64,000 nucleotides of DNA, from positions 832,001 through 896,000 of the forward strand of contig CBDCWG010000012.1 in the NCBI GenBank assembly GCA_965223345.1, given 5' to 3'. How positions within the stretch are numbered: the stretch's first letter is position 1; the number at the start of each line of letters is the position of its first letter. This DNA is from Nitrospinales bacterium (GTDB taxonomy: Bacteria; Nitrospinota; Nitrospinia; Nitrospinales; VA-1). Positions 40,383 to 50,023 of this stretch are shown in pieces. A program made the translations under genes and the position numbers. The notes beneath the pieces are model-generated. The model did no database searches. It saw nothing but the letters and a program-made list of their open reading frames with translations, and was not told where the DNA came from.

Positions 40383-40958
40383 ATGAAAGATCGGGTCCAT
40401 AACAATAAGGGATACACCCTCGTGGAACTGCTTGTCATCCTGGTGGTTCTTGCCATTCTGGCGGCGTTTGCCATTCCCAATTATTCCCAATGGGCGGAAC
40501 GGTATGAAATCAATGGGGAAGCCAGGAAACTCTACCTGGACCTGCAATTGGCCCGCATCACGGCCCTGAGAAATAACAACAACGTGGTCATCACGTTCGA
40601 CACCGGCACCAACAGTTACCTGATTCACAACGACACCGACAGCGACGGAGTCCAGGACGGCGGCGAAAACCTGAAAAACGTGTCCCTGGAACACAACGTG
40701 CAATTCGGGTTCTACGGAACATCGGTCACCGATATGGATGGAAACCTGGTCAACAGCCCCTTGACCCTGGTGGCCGGCGGCAGTGTCATCACATTCAACG
40801 CCCGGGGAGAAGCGAGCACCAGCGGGTCGATGTATCTGATTCACGGGAGTGACGTCGGTGTGGGCAATCACCGTTTGAAAGGAATCAGTGTGGTCGATGC
40901 GACCGGAGCTGTGGAACTTTGGGAATACGATTCCAGCTTGAATCCGCCCTGGAGTTGA
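40383..40958 (+). CDS. FimT/FimU (GspH-like) minor pilin
   Basis: Class III signal NNKG|YTLVELL, DLQLARITA, ITFNARG. Confidence 0.88.
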   Translation: MKDRVHNNKGYTLVELLVILVVLAILAAFAIPNYSQWAERYEINGEARKLYLDLQLARITALRNNNNVVITFDTGTNSYLIHNDTDSDGVQDGGENLKNVSLEHNVQFGFYGTSVTDMDGNLVNSPLTLVAGGSVITFNARGEASTSGSMYLIHGSDVGVGNHRLKGISVVDATGAVELWEYDSSLNPPWS

Positions 40959-40986
40959 TCGAGACCGATAAACGAGGAAAGACGCT

Positions 40987-41514
40987 ATGAGAAATACAAA
41001 AAAATCCGTCAGGCGCGCACTCCGCAATGCAAGCGGGTTCACCATGCTCGAAGTGCTGATCTCCATGTCGATTTTTGCGGTCGGTATCCTGGGCCTGATT
41101 TCATCGGTGAACTCCGTCATGCATTATCAGCGCCATTCCAAGGACCTGACGCTGGCGACGATGCATTCCACGGCGAAGCTCGAAGAGATCAAGCGGCGGG
41201 CGACCAACGAACCGACCGGCGGCGCTTACGGTTTCGACTATCTCGTCCGGCAGGATGGAACGGGTTACACCGCCGGATACAGCGGATCCAACTTCAAGAA
41301 GGAATCTTCGGACACCATCGACGGCTACAACCGCAGCTGGTCGCTGGAGATCTATCCCACATCCGTACAGGGTGCGCAGACGTTCGCGACCCCCGCCACC
41401 ATCGCCATGGTGGAAGCGGTCGTGACGACCAGCTGGGTGGACGAAACAGGTGAAACCAAATCGGTGGAAGTAGCAACGGTGCTTCACCGAAGGCAATTCG
41501 TGGGCGGCAATTAA
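40987..41514 (+). CDS. PilV-like minor pilin
   Basis: ASG|FTMLEVLISMSIFAVGILGL, A...AKLEEIK. Confidence 0.85.
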   Translation: MRNTKKSVRRALRNASGFTMLEVLISMSIFAVGILGLISSVNSVMHYQRHSKDLTLATMHSTAKLEEIKRRATNEPTGGAYGFDYLVRQDGTGYTAGYSGSNFKKESSDTIDGYNRSWSLEIYPTSVQGAQTFATPATIAMVEAVVTTSWVDETGETKSVEVATVLHRRQFVGGN

Positions 41515-41540
41515 TTCCCAAAAAAACTCGGAGTCATTCC

Positions 41541-43394
41541 ATGTTCAATGCATCTTGGATCAAACAGGAACGAGGCAACACCGTCATCATATTTCTGTTC
41601 ATCATGGCGACGCTGTCCGCCATTGCCGTCGGCGCTCTGCAGGTGACGCAGCTCAATCTCGAGTCCTCCCACGCGCAGCGAAAAGGGGAAAAAGCCTATT
41701 ACGCTGCCGAAGTGGGCCTGGACCTTGCGATCAACGATATCATTTCCAGTTTCGAAAACCTGAGTGTCTACACGACGACTGCGGACAACGGAGGCGATGC
41801 GGAAGGATACCTCACGGTGAACAATTACCGCGGCTACGATGTGAAATACCGGATCACCAACCCGGAATCCCGGTATCTGTATGAAACGGTACAGGGGAAC
41901 TCCATCCTGGTGCATTACGCCTACACCTACGACATCGACGCCATTTCCGAAGCGATCGGTGAAAACACCACCGAAACGCTGAGGGAAAGGATCCGTATTC
42001 TGGAGACCCCGCTGGTGCAGTGGTTTGCTTTTTACGGGGGACCCGGCGGCAACGATTCCGATCTGGAAATCACACCGGGACCAGGCATGACCATCTGGGG
42101 CCGGGTGCACACGAACGGCGATCTCTGGCTGCGCGCCGGCAGCAGCGGCCAGCTGCGAATTCAAAACTTCGATCCCAACAGCGGCACGCCCATCGCTGCG
42201 CCGCACTCACTCACGGCCGCAGGCGTGATCCGCAACTGGCACAAAGGCGGTAACTTCCAGTCCTCGGTCGATCCGGAAGTGAAAATCACCAACACCAGCC
42301 TCGTCTGGGAGGATGAGGAACCGGTCGATTCCAATATCACTTTGGATTCTGAGGAGAGCACCTACAACGATTTTGTCTTCGTTAACGAACCGGTCATCCA
42401 GGCGCCCGGCAACTCACAGTTCGCGCGCAACGGTTTTTACGACCAGCGGGCCGGCAACACCCAGCGCCCGGATGTGGACGGCATCCGCATCATCGGCACA
42501 GGCGGTCTGGGTACCGGGATCACTGTGGAAGTTTCCCGTCCCGCACCGAACACGGATGTCACCGCATTGTTGCTGGCGGAACAGACGTCTGCGGGCACGG
42601 CTTACACCGGACCTGGCAGCGGACCGGGCGATGGCAGCGGGATCATCGACGAAAATCTCGGTGATCTCAAAGACTGTCGCGAGGACGACGACGTGAACAC
42701 GACGAACATCGACTTGTGGGCCCTTCAGAACTGGTATCAGGCTTATATCGCCGATCCGGCAAACGGCGGCGGCGCTCTGGCGGGTGCGGGATTTCTGGTC
42801 TACGCCTCCCGGTCGCCCAACGCGACGTTCACCAACACCGGCGATCCCATGGAAGGCATCCGCTTGATGCAGCTCACCGGCGGATCCGCGCGGCAGCTGG
42901 TGGATGAAACCACGTTCGCGACGGACAACCCGCTCTACATCGACGGCGACTTCAACACTGTCAGCACCAAGGGTGCGGCCCTCATCGGCGATGCGATCAA
43001 TTTCCTGGGCAACAACTGGGATGACGGCAAAACCTGTGACGGCAACCTGACCGGCGCGGATGCGGGTAATAATGGAGAAACCCAGATCACGGTCCGCGCC
43101 GCCCTGTTCGGCGGTTACAGTCCCACGACGTCGCAAGGCGGGACCTACGGCGGTGGACTGCACAACTACATGCGCTACCACGAACGCTGGACCGGCGTGA
43201 CCTCCGACTTCAAAGGGGCTTTGATCGGCCTTTGGGTCAGTCAGCAGGCGACGGGGAACTGGTGTCAGGGATCGGATTGTTACCAACCTCCGATTCGTAA
43301 CTGGGGCTGGGACACGCGCTTTGCCGATCCGGATTTTTGGCCCCCCTTCATTCCCTCCATCTTCGGTGTGGAACGGGTGGGTTTTCTTGAATGA
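41541..43394 (+). CDS. PilX-like minor pilin with a large C-terminal domain
   Basis: QERG| hydrophobic helix without Glu5, AYYAAEVG; 617 aa. Confidence 0.82.
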   Translation: MFNASWIKQERGNTVIIFLFIMATLSAIAVGALQVTQLNLESSHAQRKGEKAYYAAEVGLDLAINDIISSFENLSVYTTTADNGGDAEGYLTVNNYRGYDVKYRITNPESRYLYETVQGNSILVHYAYTYDIDAISEAIGENTTETLRERIRILETPLVQWFAFYGGPGGNDSDLEITPGPGMTIWGRVHTNGDLWLRAGSSGQLRIQNFDPNSGTPIAAPHSLTAAGVIRNWHKGGNFQSSVDPEVKITNTSLVWEDEEPVDSNITLDSEESTYNDFVFVNEPVIQAPGNSQFARNGFYDQRAGNTQRPDVDGIRIIGTGGLGTGITVEVSRPAPNTDVTALLLAEQTSAGTAYTGPGSGPGDGSGIIDENLGDLKDCREDDDVNTTNIDLWALQNWYQAYIADPANGGGALAGAGFLVYASRSPNATFTNTGDPMEGIRLMQLTGGSARQLVDETTFATDNPLYIDGDFNTVSTKGAALIGDAINFLGNNWDDGKTCDGNLTGADAGNNGETQITVRAALFGGYSPTTSQGGTYGGGLHNYMRYHERWTGVTSDFKGALIGLWVSQQATGNWCQGSDCYQPPIRNWGWDTRFADPDFWPPFIPSIFGVERVGFLE

Positions 43395-43417
43395 TATCCT
43401 TCGAGGCGAGGAGAGCC

Positions 43418-45238
43418 ATGAGCGACTTAAGGGAAAAATTAAAATACCATACCAACGAAAGAGGGTTCACCCTCATCGAATTGTTGACCGCGAGTGTTCT
43501 TTCCGTTCTCATGCTCGGCCTGATCGCGGGTGTGTTCTCTTCGCAGCGTGAAACGTTTGTTCTGCAGGACCAGTTGAACACCATGCAGACGAACGGCCGC
43601 GCCGTGACCGAATTCTTTTCACGGGCGGTGCAGAATGCAGGCTACAACGTCTTCCGCGGCACCCGTTTTCTGGCGGCGTCCGACCATTACCTGACGGCGG
43701 TGTACGATGAGGACAACGACGGCGTCATCGAAAATCACGAAGTGATGACGTTCGGTCTGAGCAATGCCACCGGGACGCCGAACGAAACGTTCAGTATCAC
43801 GGCTTTTTTCGATCAGGACTCGGACGGCGAGGTGGACCCTTCGGAAACCGGCACCTATCCGATCGGCATGACGCTGACCGCGCCTCCCTATAATATTTAC
43901 AAAGTGATCCCGCAGAACTCCGGGACCGCTGTGGACAAGCATCTCATGGCCCGCAACATCGACAACCTCATCATCCGTTATTACGATAAAAACGGCGACA
44001 TCCTGCCGGCTTCGGCGGATTCGGATGACGACGGGATTTACGATAGCGGCGCCTACACGCTGGCCCTTTCGGACATGAACGAGATCCGCAAGGTGGAAGT
44101 CGAAGTGCTCGCCAGGACGAAAGACGAGGACCCCAGGGGTGACATCACGCACAGCGGCACCTATGCCGCGGGCAGCGCGGCGACACTCGGTGGCAGCAGT
44201 ACCTACAGCGACGGGTATTACCGTGAGACGTTCAACGCCTACATGGCGCCGCGGAACCTCGTCATGGCCCCGTGGGGCAAAATGGACGTGGTGGCTGCGT
44301 CTGAAAACGTCGATTGTCCGACCTCGAGCACCACGATCACGGCCACGCTGGTTGACTCTCAGGGCGTGCCTGTGAGTTCGGGAATCGACGTGAATTTTGC
44401 TCTGAGCGGCGAGGGGGCCACGGCCTCTCCCACCACGCAGGGCACGGATATTTTCGGCCAGGCCAGCACGACGGTCACCTACGACTGGTCGTCTCCCAAT
44501 GCCAGCATCACCGTGTCGGCCAATTCGCTGATCACCTCGGGCGGCGAACAGAATCCGGTGTTCAACGCCAGTACGGTCAATTTTCAATCTGGAACCGGCA
44601 CGTTCACCGACGATTTCAACGCCAGCATCGATCCGGGCTGGCTGGAACTGGACAGCGGCCCGGATATGTTCCATGCGGACGTCGATCCTGTGGACGGCAC
44701 CGACGATTCGTATCAGATGTCGGCCACCGGCCTGACCCGTGCGGTCAACGGCTGCCAGTGGCAGAAATACCGGGTGGAGTTCGAGCTGACTCCGACGGGT
44801 GGTGTTGATATCGATACCCCGGTTCTGAATCCGGAGGCCCTCGTCGGCGGGTTCCTGCGTTTCGTGGATGCCAACGGCAACTACAGCGTTGTGGTTGAAA
44901 AACAGACCTCGGCCAACTGTAATCCCAGTGATGGATTTGGTTGGTGTCTGAAGCTGGTGAAATGGGACGGCGTTTCCGTCACCGAACTGGCCCGGACCGG
45001 AGTCGATTTCACTCTCGACGAGAGATACAAAATCATGGCCGAGGTGGAAGACGACAACCTGAGGGCCAAAATGTGGGATACGGTGGGCGGCACGATCGTG
45101 ACCGATCCCACTCCAGGCACCTGGGACATCACGGCCACCGACAGCGATTATTCCCAGGGCAAGGTCGGTTTGATCGGCGACTGGTCGAACGGAGCGGACG
45201 TCGTCTTCGATAATTTCGCTGTGACGCCCATCACCTGA
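43418..45238 (+). CDS. PilW-like minor pilin with Ig-like and lectin-like C-terminal domains
   Basis: AGGAG RBS; NERG|FTLIELL, MQTNGR...AGY; TITATLVDSQG.PV (Big_1-like); C-terminal GKVGL..VVFDNF. Confidence 0.82.
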   Translation: MSDLREKLKYHTNERGFTLIELLTASVLSVLMLGLIAGVFSSQRETFVLQDQLNTMQTNGRAVTEFFSRAVQNAGYNVFRGTRFLAASDHYLTAVYDEDNDGVIENHEVMTFGLSNATGTPNETFSITAFFDQDSDGEVDPSETGTYPIGMTLTAPPYNIYKVIPQNSGTAVDKHLMARNIDNLIIRYYDKNGDILPASADSDDDGIYDSGAYTLALSDMNEIRKVEVEVLARTKDEDPRGDITHSGTYAAGSAATLGGSSTYSDGYYRETFNAYMAPRNLVMAPWGKMDVVAASENVDCPTSSTTITATLVDSQGVPVSSGIDVNFALSGEGATASPTTQGTDIFGQASTTVTYDWSSPNASITVSANSLITSGGEQNPVFNASTVNFQSGTGTFTDDFNASIDPGWLELDSGPDMFHADVDPVDGTDDSYQMSATGLTRAVNGCQWQKYRVEFELTPTGGVDIDTPVLNPEALVGGFLRFVDANGNYSVVVEKQTSANCNPSDGFGWCLKLVKWDGVSVTELARTGVDFTLDERYKIMAEVEDDNLRAKMWDTVGGTIVTDPTPGTWDITATDSDYSQGKVGLIGDWSNGADVVFDNFAVTPIT

Positions 45239-45293
45239 GCCCAATCAGCCCTGTTTCTGCATGCAGGGTTTTGCGACGCATCTGTATGAAATG

Positions 45294-45356
45294 AAGCCCT
45301 CTCGCTTCTCCCTGACCCGACGGGTACCGGGGGAGAGGTGAGGGGGCTTTTTATTT
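45294..45356 (+). terminator. rho-independent terminator after the minor-pilin operon
   Basis: AAGCCCTCTCGCTTCTCCC...GGGAGAGGTGAGGGGGCTT hairpin followed by a T tract. Confidence 0.7.
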
Positions 45357-45539
45357 GCGTGCGAATTTGTTCCCCGTTTTTCCTCAGCACTTGTATTCAA
45401 CCTTCCTTGGATTTAAGATGGTTCTCAACGCCTGAGCCTGAAACGACGGCGATTTCCTGAGTCACAATCCCCGCTCAACCGCGACTTGAGTTGTGCGTGC
45501 GCTGCATTCATTGGTTTTTCTTTCTTGAGGACACCCGCC

Positions 45540-47030
45540 ATGGCCGCAAAGATTTTCAAAAACTACATCAATGGGAAATGGAAGGCTTCGAAGAGTGGAG
45601 AGACGTTCGAAAACATCAACCCCGCCAATGCGAAACAGGTGGTGGGCCGCTTTCAGCAGTCTACCGCTGAGGATGTGAACGAAGCGGTGACCGCCGCTTT
45701 TGAAGCGCGCACGGCGTGGCGGAAAACCCCGGCTCCCAAGCGGGGGGAAATCCTGTTTAAGGTGGCGGAGCTTCTGGTCCAGCACAAGGAACGGCTGGCC
45801 CAGGACATGACGCGTGAGATGGGCAAGGTCATCGCCGAGACGCGCGGTGACGTGCAGGAAGCGATCGACCTCACCTACTACACCGCCGGCGAGGGCCGGC
45901 GGCTTCTGGGAGAAACCTGTCCTTCCGAGCTGAACGACAAGTTCTGCATGTCGGTGCGGATGCCGGTCGGCGTGGTGGCCGCCATCACGCCGTGGAATTT
46001 CCCCATCGCCATTCCCTCCTGGAAACTCATTCCCGCACTGGTTGCGGGCAACACGGTGGTGCTCAAACCGGCGAGCGACACGCCGATTTCGTCCTACCAT
46101 TTCGTCAAGCTGTTCGAGGAGGCGGGGCTGCCTGCGGGCGTGCTGAACTTCGTCACCGGCTCGGGTTCGGGGGCCGGGGCGCCGATGGTGGAGCACCCGA
46201 AAGTCAACCTGGTGTCCTTCACCGGCTCCACGGAGACCGGCAGCCGGATCGCCGCCGACTGCGCCCGGCAGATGAAACAGTATTCCCTGGAAATGGGCGG
46301 CAAGAACGCCATCCTGGTGATGGACGACGCCAACCTCAAGCTCGCCGTGGAGGGCGTGATCTTCGGGGCGTTCGGCACCACCGGCCAGCGCTGCACGGCC
46401 TGCTCGCGGGTGATCGTCCACAAAAAAGTCCTCAAGAAATTCACAGACCTTTTGGTCAAACGCACCAAACAGCTCAAACTGGGCGACGGTCTTTTGGAGA
46501 GCACCGATGTGGGGCCGCTGGTGAATGCGGAACAGCGCGAGAAAGTGCACAGCTATGTGAAGATCGGCAAGGACCAGGGCGGCAAGCTGCTGACCGGCGG
46601 CGCGTTTCAAAAAAGCGCCGGCTGCAAGGACGGATTTTTTTACAAGCCGACGATTTTCGCAGACGTGACTCCCAAGATGCGCATCGCCCAGGAAGAGATC
46701 TTCGGTCCGGTGCTCGCCATCATCGCCTGCCGCAGCCTGGACCACGGTGTGCAGATCATCAACGATTCCCAGTACGGGCTGTCCTCGGCGGTGTACACCC
46801 AGGATGTGAACCGCGCGTTTCAGGCCATCGGGGAGTTGGACACCGGCATCACCTACATCAACGCCTCGACCATCGGCGCGGAAATCCAGCTCCCCTTCGG
46901 CGGCACCAAGGGCACGGGCAACGGCCACCGCGAAGCCGGTACGGCGGCGCTGGAAATCTTCACCGAATGGAAATCGGTCTACATCGATTACAGCGGCACC
47001 CTGCAGAAAGCCCAGATCGAGCATGAATGA
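45540..47030 (+). CDS. NAD(P)-dependent aldehyde dehydrogenase
   Basis: [42 protein letters not shown]. Confidence 0.95.
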   Translation: MAAKIFKNYINGKWKASKSGETFENINPANAKQVVGRFQQSTAEDVNEAVTAAFEARTAWRKTPAPKRGEILFKVAELLVQHKERLAQDMTREMGKVIAETRGDVQEAIDLTYYTAGEGRRLLGETCPSELNDKFCMSVRMPVGVVAAITPWNFPIAIPSWKLIPALVAGNTVVLKPASDTPISSYHFVKLFEEAGLPAGVLNFVTGSGSGAGAPMVEHPKVNLVSFTGSTETGSRIAADCARQMKQYSLEMGGKNAILVMDDANLKLAVEGVIFGAFGTTGQRCTACSRVIVHKKVLKKFTDLLVKRTKQLKLGDGLLESTDVGPLVNAEQREKVHSYVKIGKDQGGKLLTGGAFQKSAGCKDGFFYKPTIFADVTPKMRIAQEEIFGPVLAIIACRSLDHGVQIINDSQYGLSSAVYTQDVNRAFQAIGELDTGITYINASTIGAEIQLPFGGTKGTGNGHREAGTAALEIFTEWKSVYIDYSGTLQKAQIEHE

Positions 47031-47842
47031 TCGCTGATCCGGACCCTCTCTCCCCCCAACCTGGAGGCGTGTTTTTGAAAATTTCGGTCCTGTCCAGCGG
47101 CAGCGGCGGCAATTCCCTTTATATCGAAACCCCCACTCACCGCATCCTCATCGATGCGGGTTTGAGCGCCAAAAAGCTGGGCGAGCGCATGGCCGTTCTC
47201 GGCCGCAGCCCCGGGGATCTCGACGCGGTGTTTCTGACCCACGAGCATTCCGATCATGTGGGCGGCGTCGGGCCTCTCCTTAGAAAACACAATCTCACAC
47301 TGCACAGCACCGCAGGCACGTTGCGGAAAATCCAGAAAAAAGCCGGACGCATTCCCCGCTTTCGGGCGATCCGTGCGGACGAGCCGGTGCAGATCGGCGA
47401 TCTGTGTGTGGAACCGTACCGCACGCCGCACGATGCGGAGGAGCCGGTGGCGTTTGTGGTGCGCCACGGGGAACTCAAACTGGGGCACGCCACCGATCTC
47501 GGCTCGGCGACCGCCGCGGTGCGGGAAAAGCTCAAACACGCGGACGTATTGCTGCTGGAAGCCAACCACGATGTGGGGCTTCTGCAGCAGGGGCCGTATC
47601 CCTGGAGTTTGAAGCAGAGGATCCTGAGCGATGTGGGCCATCTGTCCAACCAGGACTCGGGCGAACTGCTGGCTGCGGTTGCGCACCGCGGTCTCAAAAA
47701 AGTTGTCCTGATGCATATGAGCGAAACCAACAACCGGCCCGAAATGGCGCACGCCGCCGCGCAACAGGCGCTGGGGTCGCATCCGGCGGAGATCGTTTTC
47801 GCGCAACAGGACGCTCCCACCGACTGGATCCGGGTGGACTGA
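47027..47842 (+). CDS. MBL-fold metallo-hydrolase (YycJ/WalJ-like); start may be near 47069
   Basis: SGSGGN, THEHSDH, HDA, TDLG, LEANHD, GHLSN, HMSETNN. Confidence 0.9.
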   Translation: MIADPDPLSPQPGGVFLKISVLSSGSGGNSLYIETPTHRILIDAGLSAKKLGERMAVLGRSPGDLDAVFLTHEHSDHVGGVGPLLRKHNLTLHSTAGTLRKIQKKAGRIPRFRAIRADEPVQIGDLCVEPYRTPHDAEEPVAFVVRHGELKLGHATDLGSATAAVREKLKHADVLLLEANHDVGLLQQGPYPWSLKQRILSDVGHLSNQDSGELLAAVAHRGLKKVVLMHMSETNNRPEMAHAAAQQALGSHPAEIVFAQQDAPTDWIRVD

Positions 47843-47869
47843 CGCCGCCAGTCTGGTATCCTGCCTGGC

Positions 47870-49210
47870 ATGCAAGCCAATGATCACATCGTGGGCGGCT
47901 TCTTCGGAATGGCCGTGGGCGACGCGCTGGGGCAGGCGGTGAAAGGCCTGAAGCCGGAAACCGTGCGCCAGTGCTTCGGCGGCATGGATGTGTTTCAGGA
48001 CGTGCGGCCTTTCATCGGCAAAGGCGTGAAGCAGTACCGCATGCAGGGGCTGTACGGCATTCCCACGCAGACGGCGCTTGCGGTGCTGGACGGCGCGCTG
48101 GCGGGAAAGAACGCGGATCCTACCCGCATCGCCCCGATCCTGACCAAACTTTCCGCCGGCGGCCCGGAGTCCGGTTTCGGGGTCTACCGCCACGCCGAGG
48201 GCGGCTTTCGCAAAGCCGTCGATGCGATCCTCAACCGGCCCTCGCTGACCGCTTCCGAAGCGCACCTGGGCGGTGGCGCCTGCCTCTCCATCCCGATTCC
48301 CCTCGCGTTGCGCCCGGGCACAAAGAGCGACGTGTTGATCGGACAGTGCATCGATTGCTGTCTGCTGCTGACCCAGGACCGCTGGGAAGTTCTGGGCGCG
48401 GGAGTGTGGGGTGCGCTGCTTGCCGAATCTCTGCAAATCGTGCCGGAAACGAAAACCGCGGAAGAGGCCGCCCGGGAGTTGTTGCAACGGGCTGCGGAAA
48501 CAGTGGTCCGCGTCGAAGAGAGCCTGCGTGCGCGGGCGGCGGTGCTACCTGAGCCCCCAACGGTGCGCGAGAGCGACATCCTGGCGGAGACGTTTTCAAA
48601 CCTGGCTTCCCGCAGCCATCAGGATTGGCCGTCGCTTTGCAAGTGGATCGCCGAAAACGCCAGCGCCCATCTCAAGACCCCGGTTTCCAATCCGGCGCAG
48701 GGGACGGTGCTGACGCTTCTGCCGTTGGCAATGACCGCGGTGTTGAAAAGCGAGGCGGGCTTTCCCGACGCCATCGGGCGGGCGGTGAGTCTGGGGAAGG
48801 AATCCGGGAAACTCGGGGCTTTGGTCGGCTCGCTCGCGGGCGCGCTGCACGGGTTCGCTGCGATCCCGCAGAGTTTTAAATCGGGACTGGTGAACGCCAA
48901 AGAAATCCGCGTGCGTGCGGAAGCGCTGGCTGCAGGGCGTCCGGACCGGAGCGCCAAGGATCTCTATGCGATGGAGCTTGCGTTCACGCAGAAGGAGTGC
49001 GAGGAGGGCAAACGGTTTGTGCCCAAAAAAGCGAAAAAGACCGGATCATTCCGGCCCGCCGCGGCTCTGCCATATCTGGATGACGATCCGGACGAGCCGG
49101 CCATTCCCAAAAAGGAGGACACGGCGGAATGGCGCCGGTTTCAGAAAGACAAGACCCGGAAAAAACGCGACCGCAGGCGGCACCTGGATCCCAACCCGGA
49201 CTGGGAATGA
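47870..49210 (+). CDS. ADP-ribosylglycohydrolase-family protein with degenerate metal sites
   Basis: G.AVGDALG; C-terminal GAL.GSLAGALHG..AIP; no TDD or DxD motif. Confidence 0.75.
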   Translation: MQANDHIVGGFFGMAVGDALGQAVKGLKPETVRQCFGGMDVFQDVRPFIGKGVKQYRMQGLYGIPTQTALAVLDGALAGKNADPTRIAPILTKLSAGGPESGFGVYRHAEGGFRKAVDAILNRPSLTASEAHLGGGACLSIPIPLALRPGTKSDVLIGQCIDCCLLLTQDRWEVLGAGVWGALLAESLQIVPETKTAEEAARELLQRAAETVVRVEESLRARAAVLPEPPTVRESDILAETFSNLASRSHQDWPSLCKWIAENASAHLKTPVSNPAQGTVLTLLPLAMTAVLKSEAGFPDAIGRAVSLGKESGKLGALVGSLAGALHGFAAIPQSFKSGLVNAKEIRVRAEALAAGRPDRSAKDLYAMELAFTQKECEEGKRFVPKKAKKTGSFRPAAALPYLDDDPDEPAIPKKEDTAEWRRFQKDKTRKKRDRRRHLDPNPDWE

Positions 49211-49435
49211 GGCCAAAAATCGGCCCGCCGAACCCGGATCGGGGGCGGGCGAGCTTGATGTAAGTTGCGGTTTTATAAGGGTTTTTGCAATAAATGCTTA
49301 GCCATTTTCACGGATGGGGTTATACTGTTTTAGAGCCTAAATCAAAATTAAATCAAAAAATTCAATAAGTTGAGAGCGTTGAATTTTTTTCGTTTCCGTG
49401 AAATTTCTCTACCCATTATCGTAAAGGAGAACCCC

Positions 49436-49927
49436 GTGAAATTGGCAAAAGCGTTTGTAATGGCATGTTTGATCGGTTTGTTCGCCAGTCCTTCCCTGGC
49501 CGAGGAAGAGATTTCACTGGTGATCGGAAAGAATCTGAAAGTGGGCATGCCCTTGAATGAAGTCATCGCTCTTTTGGGCATTCCCAACTCCCTGAACATT
49601 GATCGCGGCACCGAGCCTCTGATGGACAGCGTGGCCATCAAGTATCCCAAGCACGGTGTGGTGGTCTACGCCATGAACAAAAAAACCACGGTGGAACAGA
49701 TCGAAGTGCTGCCTTCGTTCAAAGGGAAGTTCGTGGAGGGCGTGAAGATCGGGGCCAAGTTCAACGACCTGATCGAAAAGTACGGGATGCCCGAGTCGCT
49801 GAACGCTCAGGTTGCCCGTTATCCCCGCCAGGGCCTGTACTTCATGATGGAGCGGGAAGTGCTCGTGTCCGCGAAGGTGTTCACCAAAAACAGCAAGATT
49901 CTCGACTACCAGTTGATCAACCGCTGA
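49436..49927 (+). CDS. exported protein with two BamE/BLIP-like internal repeats
   Basis: AAGGAG RBS, signal peptide SLA|EE, LKVGMPLNEVIALLGIP and VKIGAKFNDLIEKYGMP. Confidence 0.7.
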   Translation: MKLAKAFVMACLIGLFASPSLAEEEISLVIGKNLKVGMPLNEVIALLGIPNSLNIDRGTEPLMDSVAIKYPKHGVVVYAMNKKTTVEQIEVLPSFKGKFVEGVKIGAKFNDLIEKYGMPESLNAQVARYPRQGLYFMMEREVLVSAKVFTKNSKILDYQLINR

Positions 49928-49958
49928 CGCGGCACCCAGGGACTGACTGGGAATGAAG

Positions 49959-49992
49959 AAAAGCCGGACCCGATTCGGGTCCGGCTTTTTTT
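49959..49992. terminator. bidirectional rho-independent terminator
   Basis: AAAAGCCGGACCCG-ATT-CGGGTCCGGCTTTTTTT between convergent genes. Confidence 0.85.
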
Positions 49993-50023
49993 GTGAAAAA
50001 TCCTTGGCGCAAGCGGATGGCGC

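Noticed and set aside
45294..45356. REP/MITE-like element
   Set aside because: Only one copy seen; sufficiently explained as a terminator
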